Of a stretch of 64,000 bases of DNA, positions 18,461-28,189 are shown piece after piece. Source of the stretch: Thermodesulfobacteriota bacterium (lineage in GTDB: Bacteria; Desulfobacterota; Desulfovibrionia; Desulfovibrionales; Desulfothermaceae); contig JBNJII010000002.1 in assembly GCA_051749205.1 (NCBI GenBank), positions 30,654 through 94,653 of the forward strand, read 5' to 3'. The stretch's first letter is position 1; each line of letters starts with the position of its first letter. The position numbers and the translations under genes are program-made. The notes under the pieces were generated by a model. The model was not told the origin of the DNA and did no database searches. It saw only the letters and a program-made list of their open reading frames with translations.

Positions 18461-19924
18461 CTACTCCCCCATCCCCGCTTGCTCCGACGGTTCCGGGATG
18501 GTGGCCAGATTCTCAAAAGCGGTGCAGGAACTTAAGTATTTGAGCTTGGCTACTCCCACAGGTCCGTTTCTCTGCTTACCGACTACGATTTCAGCTATCC
18601 CTTTTTCCGGGTTGTCTTCCCGAGTGTTGTACACATCATCGCGATACAAAAAGACGATGAGGTCTGCGTCCTGCTCAATTGCCCCAGACTCTCGCAAATC
18701 CGAGAGCATGGGCCGCTTATTGGTTCGCTCTTCCACCTTCCGGTTCAGCTGAGCCAAGGCCACAACCGGTACATCGACTTCTTTGGCCAGGGACTTGAGA
18801 TTCCGGGATATGTGTGAGATCTCCTGTTCCCTGGAGTCCTTGCGCTGGCTGGTGTGCATCAGCTGCAGATAGTCAACGACCACCAAGCCCAGACCAGTCT
18901 CGCCTTTCATCCTTCGGCATCTGGCCCGAAGCTCCATGGGATCGAGAGCGGGCGTGTCGTCGATGGCTATAGAGGCCTGGGACAGGGCTTGTGCGGCCTG
19001 ATACAGCCGGGCCCAGTCCTCGTCCTGGAGAAATCCACTGCGCATGCGGCTCAAATCCACTTTTCCCCAAGCACAAAGCATACGCATCATCAATTGCTCC
19101 ATGGACATCTCCAGAGAGAAAATGGCCACAGGAGTATTGTGCATTATGGCCGCCCGCATGGCCATGTTCAGTCCAAAGGCTGTCTTGCCCATGCTGGGGC
19201 GTCCAGCGACAATAATCAGGTCAGTGCGTTGCAGACCGGCGGTGATTTCGTCGAACTGATGATATCCAGTGGGCACACCGGTAATGAGCTCGCGTTGCTC
19301 AAATCTATGTTCCAAGTATTCAAAGACCTGGTTGACCAGCTCTTTGCTCATCTTAAACCCGGATCTGACCCGGCCTTCGGAAATAGCAAAAATATGCTGC
19401 TCTGCCTTGTCCAGGATGGTCTCGGTGTCATCTGAAGACTCAAATGCTTCAGTGATAATGGTAGCAGATTCCTGGATAAGCTCCCTGCGGACCGCTTTGT
19501 CCCGAACAATGCCGGCATAGCTCAGGGCATTGGCCGCACTGGCCACTGATTCAGTCAGGGAGGTCAGATACACACCGCCCCCTACCTCTTCCAGCTTGCC
19601 CCTCTTTTGCAGCTCATCGGCCACTGTGACCAGGTCTATGGGCACATTGGTCCGGTACAAATCAAGAAAGGCCTGGTAGATGATGCGGTGGACCGGGGAG
19701 TAGAAATCCTCGGCCCGCAAGGTGTCTATCAGATTATGCAGGAGGGAGTTGCGTAAAAAAACCCCCCCCAAAACAGCCTGTTCCGCTTCGATGTTCTGGG
19801 GGGGGACTTTTCCGACCAGGTCGGCATTGACCCGGGACAGGGGTTTGACACCCTGGGAATCCTTTTGCGTACGCTTATTCCCCGTCCCCGCTGCTGCCTG
19901 ATTCTTCGCCATGCCGGACCACAT
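18461..19924 (-). CDS. dnaB: replicative DNA helicase
   Basis: PPQNIEAEQAVLGG N-domain, Walker A GRPSMGKT and IAIDDTP motifs. The start may instead be the Met at 19912. Confidence 0.95.
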   Translation of the reverse strand: MWSGMAKNQAAAGTGNKRTQKDSQGVKPLSRVNADLVGKVPPQNIEAEQAVLGGVFLRNSLLHNLIDTLRAEDFYSPVHRIIYQAFLDLYRTNVPIDLVTVADELQKRGKLEEVGGGVYLTSLTESVASAANALSYAGIVRDKAVRRELIQESATIITEAFESSDDTETILDKAEQHIFAISEGRVRSGFKMSKELVNQVFEYLEHRFEQRELITGVPTGYHQFDEITAGLQRTDLIIVAGRPSMGKTAFGLNMAMRAAIMHNTPVAIFSLEMSMEQLMMRMLCAWGKVDLSRMRSGFLQDEDWARLYQAAQALSQASIAIDDTPALDPMELRARCRRMKGETGLGLVVVDYLQLMHTSQRKDSREQEISHISRNLKSLAKEVDVPVVALAQLNRKVEERTNKRPMLSDLRESGAIEQDADLIVFLYRDDVYNTREDNPEKGIAEIVVGKQRNGPVGVAKLKYLSSCTAFENLATIPEPSEQAGMGE

Positions 19925-20351
19925 TTACCTTGAGCTCCGGCCGAACCCCGGAGTACAGTTTGACCGGTACCTGGTGCTCGCCCAAGCTCCGGATAGGATT
20001 TTCCATCTCGATATTTTTCTTATCGATCTCCAGTCCTTTATGGGCCAAGGCATCGGAAATCATGGCACTGGTCACCGATCCGTACAACTTGTCCCCTTCC
20101 CCAACCCGGACCGGAATCTCCACTATGGTTTCTTCCAGTTTTTCAGCCAGGGATTGGGCCTCGGCCCTCGCCTTGTCCAGCTTTTGTTGCAGCTTGCGCC
20201 GCTGTTGTTCAAAGACCTTGAGATTTCCCGGCGTAGCCAGCATGGCCAGCTCTTTGGGGATGAGATAGTTGCGGGCATAGCCCGACTTGACCTTGACTAC
20301 ATCCCCCAACTTGCCGAGATTTTCCATGTCAGTGCGTAAAATGACCTCCAT
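19875..20351 (-). CDS. rplI: 50S ribosomal protein L9
   Basis: MEVILRTDMENLGKLGDVVKVKSGYARNYLIPK N-terminus. Confidence 0.96.
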   Translation of the reverse strand: MEVILRTDMENLGKLGDVVKVKSGYARNYLIPKELAMLATPGNLKVFEQQRRKLQQKLDKARAEAQSLAEKLEETIVEIPVRVGEGDKLYGSVTSAMISDALAHKGLEIDKKNIEMENPIRSLGEHQVPVKLYSGVRPELKVNVVRHGEESGSSGDGE

Positions 20352-20361
20352 ACTCTCGCTC

Positions 20362-20616
20362 CTACACGGTCTTTTTCTTGACCTCTGTGCTGTGTACAGC
20401 AGTGTAGTACATAAGGGCCATCTGCCGGGCCCGCTTGATCTCCGTCGTCAACTTGCGTTGGTGCCGTGCGCAGGTCCCAGTGATCCTCCGGGCAATGATC
20501 TTGCCCCGTTCGGTCACAAAGTCCTGCAAGATATCCGGCCGCTTGTAATCCAAAGGCAGATTTTTGTCTGCGCAAAAGCGGCAAAATTTCTTCCGCGGCG
20601 TAAACTTAAAAGCCAT
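20362..20616 (-). CDS. rpsR: 30S ribosomal protein S18
   Basis: [10 protein letters not shown]...[17 protein letters not shown]...TGTCARHQR signature. Confidence 0.96.
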   Translation of the reverse strand: MAFKFTPRKKFCRFCADKNLPLDYKRPDILQDFVTERGKIIARRITGTCARHQRKLTTEIKRARQMALMYYTAVHSTEVKKKTV

Positions 20617-20619
20617 GGC

Positions 20620-20937
20620 CTATGCCTCCTCAGCGGGTTGGAATTCATCGGCAAGCTTTACGGTCATAAACTTCAGCACACTGTCCGCAATCCGGATCCT
20701 GCGCTCCAGTTCGGCAACCACCGATCCCAGAGCCCCGTACACCAAACGGACATAGTGTCCACGGGTGTGCTTTTGCACCGGATAGGCCAATGTCCGCTTG
20801 CCCCAATCATCCACCTCAAGTACTTGGCCGGAGTACTCTCCCACAACTCGGCTGAGGTCGTCCAGGACCTGTTGTCTCTCTTCAGATCCAAGATCTGGAC
20901 TGAAGAGCAGCAGGGTTTCAAACTTTCGTTGCATCAT
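20620..20937 (-). CDS. rpsF: 30S ribosomal protein S6
   Basis: 105 aa with ...YETLLLFSPDL-like N-terminus and WGKRTLAYP motif. There is no ssb/priB between S6 and S18. Confidence 0.94.
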   Translation of the reverse strand: MMQRKFETLLLFSPDLGSEERQQVLDDLSRVVGEYSGQVLEVDDWGKRTLAYPVQKHTRGHYVRLVYGALGSVVAELERRIRIADSVLKFMTVKLADEFQPAEEA

Positions 20938-21025
20938 CTACTCCTTATGGTCTGTGGTTCCAGATCCAAGGACCTGAAACAAGGCAAAGAAGGAAACATA
21001 TCCCCGGGTGCATGCTGTGTCAAGC

Positions 21026-22918
21026 TCAGGAGTACTCAAGGGCCTCCGGGGCCTCGATGGACACCTGGGCAGCCTCCCGCAGCCCTTGCATATAGGCCTG
21101 AAACAGGGCCTGCTCCTGGATTCTGCGCACATTGTCCATCCAAAAGTCCTTTTGGGTTTCCCAGGTCGCATCCTCTGGCGGGGAAAGGTCCGCTAAGCGG
21201 GCCACAACCACGGCGTCAGCCAGTTCATAGGGCTTTTGCAGCCACTGACCCCTCTTTGCGTCAAAGACGGCCTGGACCAAGTCCTGGTTGCGGCCAAGTC
21301 CAGGAATCTCTCCCTGCCGGGAAAAAGGCTGGCTGGTCTCTACCTGCAGGTCTAGCTCCCGGACTGCTTGTCCTTGCTCCAGCTGACTTAGAACCTTTTG
21401 GGCCGCTTCTTCGGCCAACTTACCGGCCCTGTCTTTTGTCACCGCCTCCCTGACCGTATCCTCAATCTGGTCCAAGTCGGGAATATGGGCCGGTTCATGA
21501 CCGGTCTTTTGAACCACCAAATAGCCGTTGTCCAGCATGATCGGGGTGTCTAAAACCTCATCCACCTGCATCTGCATCAAGGTGTTCACCTGTTTTTGAC
21601 TCAGATCGAATTGCTCCGGCGGATTCTCCCTGCTAAAGGGTCCAATGTCTTGTACCTGCAGGCCTACCTCCTTCGCGGCTTGCTGCAAGTCGCCGCTGGT
21701 GAGCACAATGTGCAACACTTCGTCCAATCGGTCTTCCAGCACCTGCATGGCCTTGTCCCTGGCCAGCCGGGAGCGGATTTTCTCTTGCACCTCATCAAGG
21801 GGCTGGACTCCGGCCTCCCGGCGATCTGTGACCTTGATGAGGTGAAAGCCGAACTTGGTCCGCACCGGTTCACTGACTTCCCCCGGCTGCAGGGCAAAGG
21901 CCGCTTTTTCAAAATCTGGAACCATGGAGTCCCGGCCGAACCAATCCAGATCACCGCCCTGCTCTGCACTTGGTCCCTGAGAGACGTCTTTGGCCACCTG
22001 CGCAAAGTCGGCTCCTTGCTCCACACGCTCGGCAGCGGCATCTATCTGTTCCCTGGCTTTGTGCACGTCCTCTTCAGAGGCCTCTTGGTCAACCCGGATG
22101 AGGATGTGCCTGGCTTTGACCTGCTCCGGTCGGGTGAATTCATCTTTATGCCGGTCATAGTAGGTCTCAATCTCTTCAGGAGCAATTTCTTGATCGGCCG
22201 CCAAGGTCTTGGGGGTGAGGGTCACGACCTGCATGCTCATTTGGGCCGGTATCTCATACTCCTGCTTGTGCTGTTCATAATAGGCACGTATCTGTTTGTC
22301 GGTCACTTCAACCCGGTGAGCATACTCCTGGACCGGAAAGCGCACATAATCGATTGTGGCCTTGGCCTGGACATAGTCAAACATCTCTCTGGCCTCGTTC
22401 TCCTCCACCTGCACCGGTGAGGTGACCACTTGCCGCAGGGCTGTACTGACCAGGTCCCTTCGGATGTCAGACTCGAACTGGGCCGGAGTGAGATTGTTCA
22501 TCCGCAAAAGGCCCTGGTAGCGGCTGGGGTCAAAGGTGGCATTGTCTCCATGAAAGACACTCATACCTCGGATTTTGGTCCGCACCTGTCCAGAACCGAC
22601 AACCAGTCCCAGCTCTTCGGCCTTGGTCTGGAGCAGGCGCGCATTGATCATTTCCTCCAAAACCTGGCGCTTTAAATCCATGTTTTTCAGGTCCTGGGAG
22701 CTGAGCTCGCCTCGTTGCCTGCGCAAGGCCTCCACCTGGCGCTGGTAATTTTGGACAAACTCCTTCAGCCCTATCTCCTGATCGCCCACCGTAGCCACTA
22801 CCCGCCGTTCAGGGTTGCGAAAGCTTCCTACCCCCCAAAAGACAAAGACCAGGACTATGATCCCAAACAGGAGCTTCACTCCCCACGACTGGGCATTATT
22901 GCGTATGACTTCCAGCAT
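21026..22918 (-). CDS. ppiD: periplasmic chaperone / peptidyl-prolyl isomerase PpiD family
   Basis: 630 aa with an N-terminal membrane anchor, SurA-N-like region and parvulin domain (ARHILI...FGFHLIKV). Confidence 0.85.
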   Translation of the reverse strand: MLEVIRNNAQSWGVKLLFGIIVLVFVFWGVGSFRNPERRVVATVGDQEIGLKEFVQNYQRQVEALRRQRGELSSQDLKNMDLKRQVLEEMINARLLQTKAEELGLVVGSGQVRTKIRGMSVFHGDNATFDPSRYQGLLRMNNLTPAQFESDIRRDLVSTALRQVVTSPVQVEENEAREMFDYVQAKATIDYVRFPVQEYAHRVEVTDKQIRAYYEQHKQEYEIPAQMSMQVVTLTPKTLAADQEIAPEEIETYYDRHKDEFTRPEQVKARHILIRVDQEASEEDVHKAREQIDAAAERVEQGADFAQVAKDVSQGPSAEQGGDLDWFGRDSMVPDFEKAAFALQPGEVSEPVRTKFGFHLIKVTDRREAGVQPLDEVQEKIRSRLARDKAMQVLEDRLDEVLHIVLTSGDLQQAAKEVGLQVQDIGPFSRENPPEQFDLSQKQVNTLMQMQVDEVLDTPIMLDNGYLVVQKTGHEPAHIPDLDQIEDTVREAVTKDRAGKLAEEAAQKVLSQLEQGQAVRELDLQVETSQPFSRQGEIPGLGRNQDLVQAVFDAKRGQWLQKPYELADAVVVARLADLSPPEDATWETQKDFWMDNVRRIQEQALFQAYMQGLREAAQVSIEAPEALEYS

Positions 22919-22933
22919 AGATTCTCCTGCTTC

Positions 22934-24295
22934 CTACAGAATATACCGACTCAGATCTCGGTCCTCTTCAATCTCCTTGAGCTGATCGCGGACGTACTGG
23001 GCATCGATGTCCACCTTTTGCCCCACCTGTTCGGCCGCAGAAAAGGACAGTTCATGCAGGACCTTTTCCAGCAGGGTGTATAGACGTCTGGCCCCGATAT
23101 TCTCGGTTTCTTCGTTGATACGCTGAGCAAAGGCCGCGATTTCCCACAACCCATCCTCAGGGAACTCCACTTGCAAGCCTTCAGTCTCCAAAAGGGCCCG
23201 GTACTGAACCGTCAAGGAATTCTGGGGTTCGGTCAGGATCTGGTAGAACTCCTCCTGCTGCAAGGGAGTGAGCTCCACGCGCAGGGGGAACCGACCCTGC
23301 AACTCCGGAATAAGATCAGAGGGCTTGGCGTAATGAAAGGCTCCAGCGGCAATAAACAAGATATGGTCAGTGCGCAGCATGCCGTATTTGGTGTTCACCA
23401 CACAGCCCTCAACCACAGGCAAAAGATCCCTCTGCACCCCTTCCCGGGAAATGTCCGTCTGCTTACCACCCCCCTGCGAGGCACAGACCTTGTCCAGCTC
23501 ATCCAGAAAAATTATCCCGCTCTGTTCCACCCGCTCCTTGGCCAGTTCGACGACTTTGTCCTGGTCGATAAGGCGGTCCGATTCCTGCTGCACGAGATGC
23601 TCGTAGGCATCTGAAACCTTCATCTTGCGGGTCTTTTTCTTCTTGGGAAACATGCGGCTGAACATATCCCGGAACTGCATTTCCATATCTTCCATACCGG
23701 GCATGGCCATCATCCCCATTTGCATTCCAGAACCTTCCACCTCCACCTCGACCAAGCGATCGTTGAGTTTTCCATCCCTCCACAGCTGCCGAAACTTTTC
23801 CCGAGTGGGGTTGTGCTCCTGCTCCCCAGATTCGGCCTGCCCAGACTGGCTCTGCTCCGACTGGCCCTTGCCCCTGGAGTTGGGCAGCAAAAGATCCAAA
23901 AGGGCCTCCTCAGCCAGCTGCTCGGCCTTTTCTTTGACCCTGTCCGTCTCCTCCTGTCGGACCATATTCACCCCGATTTCCATCAGATCACGGACCATGG
24001 ACTCCACATCCCGGCCCACATACCCGACCTCGGTAAACTTGGAGGCTTCGACCTTGAAAAAGGGCGAACCGGCCAGCTTGGCCAAACGACGGGCAATCTC
24101 GGTCTTGCCTACCCCGGTGGGACCGATCATGATAATATTTTTGGGAGCTACCTCTTCTTGCAGTTCGGGGTCCAGCTGTCGTCGTCGCCATCTGTTGCGC
24201 AAGGCAATGGCCACCATGCGCTTGGCCTCTTCCTGGCCCACAATGAACTTATTGAGCTCTTCCACTATCTGGGGTGGAGTAAGTATTGTCTGCAT
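22934..24295 (-). CDS. hslU: ATP-dependent protease ATPase subunit HslU
   Basis: [22 protein letters not shown]-terminus, Walker [16 protein letters not shown] and IIFLDELDK motifs. Confidence 0.96.
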   Translation of the reverse strand: MQTILTPPQIVEELNKFIVGQEEAKRMVAIALRNRWRRRQLDPELQEEVAPKNIIMIGPTGVGKTEIARRLAKLAGSPFFKVEASKFTEVGYVGRDVESMVRDLMEIGVNMVRQEETDRVKEKAEQLAEEALLDLLLPNSRGKGQSEQSQSGQAESGEQEHNPTREKFRQLWRDGKLNDRLVEVEVEGSGMQMGMMAMPGMEDMEMQFRDMFSRMFPKKKKTRKMKVSDAYEHLVQQESDRLIDQDKVVELAKERVEQSGIIFLDELDKVCASQGGGKQTDISREGVQRDLLPVVEGCVVNTKYGMLRTDHILFIAAGAFHYAKPSDLIPELQGRFPLRVELTPLQQEEFYQILTEPQNSLTVQYRALLETEGLQVEFPEDGLWEIAAFAQRINEETENIGARRLYTLLEKVLHELSFSAAEQVGQKVDIDAQYVRDQLKEIEEDRDLSRYIL

Positions 24296-24298
24296 AGA

Positions 24299-24829
24299 TT
24301 ATTCAACCTCTTCAATAATGACCTGATCGTTGGTGTACACACACATCTGGGCGGCTATAATCATGGATTGTTCCGCCACCTCCCGGGCCGTCAGCCCGGT
24401 GTTCTGGATAAGCGCCTTGGCCGCAGCCTGAGCATAGGGGCCTCCGGAACCGATGCCCACAATCCCGTCGTCCGGTTCAATGACATCTCCGGTCCCGGTC
24501 AATACCAAGATCGTTCCCTTGTCAGCCACTACCAGGAGAGCCTCCAGACGGCGCAGATATTTATCTGTTCGCCAGTCCTTGGCCAGCTCTACACTGGCCC
24601 TGAGGAGGTTTCCGCTGAAGGCCTCCAACTTGGACTCAAAGCGTTCGAAAAGCGTGAATGCGTCAGCTGTAGCTCCGGCAAAGCCGGCCAGGATCTTGTC
24701 CTTATACATGCGTCTGACCTTCAGGGCCTTGTGCTTTAAAACTACGGCCTGTCCCATGGTCACTTGGCCGTCACCGGCCATGGCCACTCCTTCTTCGGTT
24801 TTCACCGCCAGAATCGTCGTGCCCTGCAA
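24299..24829 (-). CDS. hslV: ATP-dependent protease subunit HslV
   Basis: GTTILAVK...GDGQVT matches the mature HslV N-terminus (catalytic Thr). I chose the in-frame TTG at 24829, giving M-Q-G-TTILAV. The ATG at 24940 would add about 37 non-homologous residues. Confidence 0.85.
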   Translation of the reverse strand: MQGTTILAVKTEEGVAMAGDGQVTMGQAVVLKHKALKVRRMYKDKILAGFAGATADAFTLFERFESKLEAFSGNLLRASVELAKDWRTDKYLRRLEALLVVADKGTILVLTGTGDVIEPDDGIVGIGSGGPYAQAAAKALIQNTGLTAREVAEQSMIIAAQMCVYTNDQVIIEEVE

Positions 24830-24964
24830 ATTATGTTGGCTCACATCTCCCTCCAATAACAATAAACAATGTTCAAATTTGCCGAAGCAAATTTGAAGAA
24901 ACACTTTGCTGGAAATACAGCTCTTGTCAAGCCGGTCCACAGGAAGAGCCAGGACTCCTTGGTC

Positions 24965-26431
24965 CTATCCCCCTTCCTTTGCTTTCGCCTGCACCGCCAC
25001 CTGCACGCCCTGCTCCCGCCCTTTGATCTCCAGCTTGCCCCAGGGACGAAACAAATGCCTCAATCGGAACAGCCGGGCCCGGAACTCCTCGGAAACCGCC
25101 AGGCGGGTGCCCAGCTCCCGAGTGCTCTTCTCCAGACGGGCGGCCACATTCACAGCATCGCCTATGCAGGTGTACTCCATGCGCTCCGGGCTGCCGATAT
25201 TTCCGGCTACAACCGCGCCTCTGTGCAGGCCGATGGAATTTTGCAGGGCAAACTCCCCTTCCAGATGCCGTTTGGCATTGAGCCGGTCACACTCCTCGAG
25301 CATTGCCAAGGCCGCTTCCACTGCGGAATCGGGGTCGCTTTGAATTCCGGCTGGATGCTCAAACACGACCATAAGGGAATCCCCCACAAACTTATCCACC
25401 ATGCCCCCTTTGGCCTCGACCTCCCGAACCATAGCCGTGAAGTATTCATTGAGCAGACTGACCAAAAGATGGGGAGGAAGCCTGGTGCTCAGTGACGTAA
25501 AGTTACGCAAGTCGCAGAACAAAATACTGACCTCGACCACCTCTCCGCCCAGCTCAAGCTCGTCAGCCAACAGGCGGTCCATAATCGAGCGGTCAAGGAC
25601 CTTTCCCAAACTCTTCTTGAGCAGCTCCTTCTCCCGCAGCCATTGCACGGTGTGGTTGAAAAACTGTATGAGCCTGCCGAACTCATCTTTACGGGAGGTC
25701 TGCAGGGTATGCCCCAAATCCCCGTTGGCCACCGCCTGCATGGCTCCTTGCAGGGCCTGCACCGGCTGCAGGATTTGGCGGGACAAGACCCAGGTCAGAA
25801 CCAAGGCCAAGCTCAGGGCCAACCCCAGAGAAATAAGACCTGCCTGTCGAATGTCCATCAGCTTGTCCTGGATACGGTCAACGGACATATCAATGCCCAA
25901 AAGGCCGACCTGCTGGCCTGAGTCAGTGGTTATTGGGGCATAACCGGACATGGTCCATCCCCACTTATCTTTCCAGGGCCGGCTGTCCGCAGACGGAACA
26001 GCAAAGCCCTGCAAAAGACTCTGGGGCGGATCCGGATAAAGTTCCCCTATGGGAGCCGGCTGTTCATCTTCCGAAATTTTCCCGTCCCCGTCATCGTCGC
26101 TGGGCGGGGAATCAACGACAAACTCCACCCCTCCTTCGTGCATACGCATGATATAGGCATAGAGAAATTCCGGCGTAGACTGGGCCAAATCTCCCATGAG
26201 AGCCTGCAGCTCCTTATAGGCAAAAGAGGACTGCTGATTCGGAGATCGCAGCTTGAGTATCTTTTCTCCATCCACAAAGCCTGCCCCGAGTGTGGCCACC
26301 GATTCCAGCTCTTGCTGTATTGAGGTCAGCATGGCCGACTTGGCCTTCCAGTAAAAATAGGACCCCGTAGCCCCTGAAGCCAAAAAGGCGATGCCCATGA
26401 TCCCCAGCATGAGTTTGCCCCGTATAGACAT
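24965..26431 (-). CDS. membrane sensor class III adenylate/guanylate cyclase (TM - periplasmic sensor - TM - HAMP - cyclase)
   Basis: Start at MSIRGKLMLG, preceded by a GGGAGGAG SD. It has two TM segments flanking a periplasmic domain of about 170 aa, then a HAMP region (ILQPVQALQGAMQAVANGDL). The cyclase domain follows (VSILFCDLRNFTSLS, KFVGDSLMVVF, IGDAVNVAARLE). Confidence 0.88.
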   Translation of the reverse strand: MSIRGKLMLGIMGIAFLASGATGSYFYWKAKSAMLTSIQQELESVATLGAGFVDGEKILKLRSPNQQSSFAYKELQALMGDLAQSTPEFLYAYIMRMHEGGVEFVVDSPPSDDDGDGKISEDEQPAPIGELYPDPPQSLLQGFAVPSADSRPWKDKWGWTMSGYAPITTDSGQQVGLLGIDMSVDRIQDKLMDIRQAGLISLGLALSLALVLTWVLSRQILQPVQALQGAMQAVANGDLGHTLQTSRKDEFGRLIQFFNHTVQWLREKELLKKSLGKVLDRSIMDRLLADELELGGEVVEVSILFCDLRNFTSLSTRLPPHLLVSLLNEYFTAMVREVEAKGGMVDKFVGDSLMVVFEHPAGIQSDPDSAVEAALAMLEECDRLNAKRHLEGEFALQNSIGLHRGAVVAGNIGSPERMEYTCIGDAVNVAARLEKSTRELGTRLAVSEEFRARLFRLRHLFRPWGKLEIKGREQGVQVAVQAKAKEGG

Positions 26432-26688
26432 ACCCTCTCCTCCCGGTTGGCCGATGCAATCCGCAGTCAAGGCCGTGCAGACCGCCTTAACTACTGGACA
26501 GACCTCTTTTCCGGACCTGCGTCCTTAAGCTGCATGCTATGTTCTCTGCTTCCCCTTGCAGATCACTATAAAGTTATAAAACCATACTTTTGCCCTGACA
26601 GCAAACAAGCAAAGGGTCACCAATAGCCTATTTGACCCTTATCAGGGCCTGGAGTAGAATGTATGTCCACATTTTCCAAGGAGATGCC

Positions 26689-27756
26689 ATGACCGATATA
26701 TTTCAAGAACGCCGGGAGAAGGTCCGAGCTCAACTCAAAGACCAGGGCATGGACGCCTATCTGGTCTTACATCCAGCCAACCGCTATTACTTAAGTGGCT
26801 TCGAACTCCATGACCCCCAATGCAATGAAAGTGCCGGGGTCCTGGTTATCGTCGGCAACGGCCAAGACGTACTGTGCACCGATCCCCGCTATTTGGAGGC
26901 AGCCAAACGGGTATGGCCGGAAGACGCGATTTTCATCTACCGCAATAAACGCACCCCGGCTCTGGTTGATTACCTCAAAAAACAACGGCTCGGCCGTCTG
27001 GGCTTTGAAAGCAGGATCATGAGCCATGAGCTGTTTGCAGCCTTGGATGCCCAAATGTCTTTGATTCCTCACCAGGGCTTGGTGGAAGAGCTGCGGGTAA
27101 CCAAGGACGCGGACGAACTGGAGCGGATGCGGGCCTCCTGTAAGCTCAACCACGATGTCTTCACCGCCCTGCCCTCTATGCTCGCCCCGGGCACAAGCGA
27201 ACAGGAAGTCGCCTGGCTCATTGAGCGTTATTTCCGGGAACATGGAGCCAGTGAACTGGCCTTCTCCCCCATTGTAGCCATGGATCGCAATGCAGCCATG
27301 CCTCACTCCATACCCGGCCTTAACCGACTGACTGCCCAGTCCCTGCTTCTCGTGGACGTCGGAGGACGCTTCCGGGATTACTGCTCCGACCAAACCCGGA
27401 CCTTCTGGGTGGGAGAGACACCTGGCCCTGTCTTCCAACGCACTCTGGAGCTGGTCCAAAAGGCCCAGCAAAAGGCTATTCAAGCCGTGAGGCCCGGTAT
27501 GGACATCAAAGATTTGTATCAAGTGGCTTGGGATTTCTTCGACCGGCACCAGGTCGCGGATCGCTTTACCCATGCCCTGGGCCACGGCATTGGCCTGGAA
27601 ACCCATGAATATCCCGGATTGGGACCTAAAGCCCAGGGGAAGCTGGAGTCAGGCATGGTCATCACCATAGAGCCCGGTCTCTATTATCCGGAATGGGGGG
27701 GTATCCGCTGGGAGCATATGGTCGTGGTGACTGAAGACGGAGCCCAGCCGTTATGA
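26689..27756 (+). CDS. pepP: Xaa-Pro aminopeptidase (M24B family)
   Basis: Start at MTDIFQERR, with AAGGAG 6 nt upstream. Metal ligand motifs are DVGG.F..YCSD, HALGHGIGLETHE and TIEPG. Confidence 0.9.
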   Translation: MTDIFQERREKVRAQLKDQGMDAYLVLHPANRYYLSGFELHDPQCNESAGVLVIVGNGQDVLCTDPRYLEAAKRVWPEDAIFIYRNKRTPALVDYLKKQRLGRLGFESRIMSHELFAALDAQMSLIPHQGLVEELRVTKDADELERMRASCKLNHDVFTALPSMLAPGTSEQEVAWLIERYFREHGASELAFSPIVAMDRNAAMPHSIPGLNRLTAQSLLLVDVGGRFRDYCSDQTRTFWVGETPGPVFQRTLELVQKAQQKAIQAVRPGMDIKDLYQVAWDFFDRHQVADRFTHALGHGIGLETHEYPGLGPKAQGKLESGMVITIEPGLYYPEWGGIRWEHMVVVTEDGAQPL

Positions 27757-28046
27757 CCATGACCTGTCCCGCTTCACAGCCTTGCACATGGTCTCAGAGC
27801 CTGTACCTCCGAATACCGCGCCAGGAGATCGCCTTTTTCAAGTTCATGCTCGAATGCGAACATAACCTGGCCCTGATGACAGTGGTGGACAAGTTTGAGG
27901 CAGCGGTCAAGCTGAGTTTTGCTCCCGGCCAAGACCAAGAGGTAGAAAGCTTTTTGGACCGGATGCAGGAGGAGATGATCCTGGAACGCTTGCCGCTGCC
28001 AAGGACCCAGCGCCAACCAGCCTTGGGTGGAGGGCAGAGCGCCTAA
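27753..28046 (+). CDS. small conserved hypothetical protein (DUF4911-like)
   Basis: 97 aa with an ATGA overlap to the pepP stop. The YLRIPRQEIAFFKFMLECEHNLALMTVVD region resembles DUF4911; this is assigned from memory of the family only. Confidence 0.55.
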   Translation: MTMTCPASQPCTWSQSLYLRIPRQEIAFFKFMLECEHNLALMTVVDKFEAAVKLSFAPGQDQEVESFLDRMQEEMILERLPLPRTQRQPALGGGQSA

Positions 28047-28086
28047 GCAACAAAAAACATCAAGCACCTTAGCTGCGCATCTGTCT

Positions 28087-28118
28087 GTCATTGCGAGGAG
28101 TCTTCGAGGAAGCAATCT
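28087..28118 (+). repeat. 32-nt dispersed intergenic module GTCATTGCGAGGAGTCTTCGAGGAAGCAATCT
   Basis: 29/32 identical to the reverse complement of 53678..53709. It lies in the spacer upstream of the beta-CASP gene. Confidence 0.8.
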
Positions 28119-28189
28119 CTTTCTGCGACACGCCCTCAAAACTTTTCGCGCTGTTTGGATACTGTGCACACCATCAGAAGGAAGGACAT

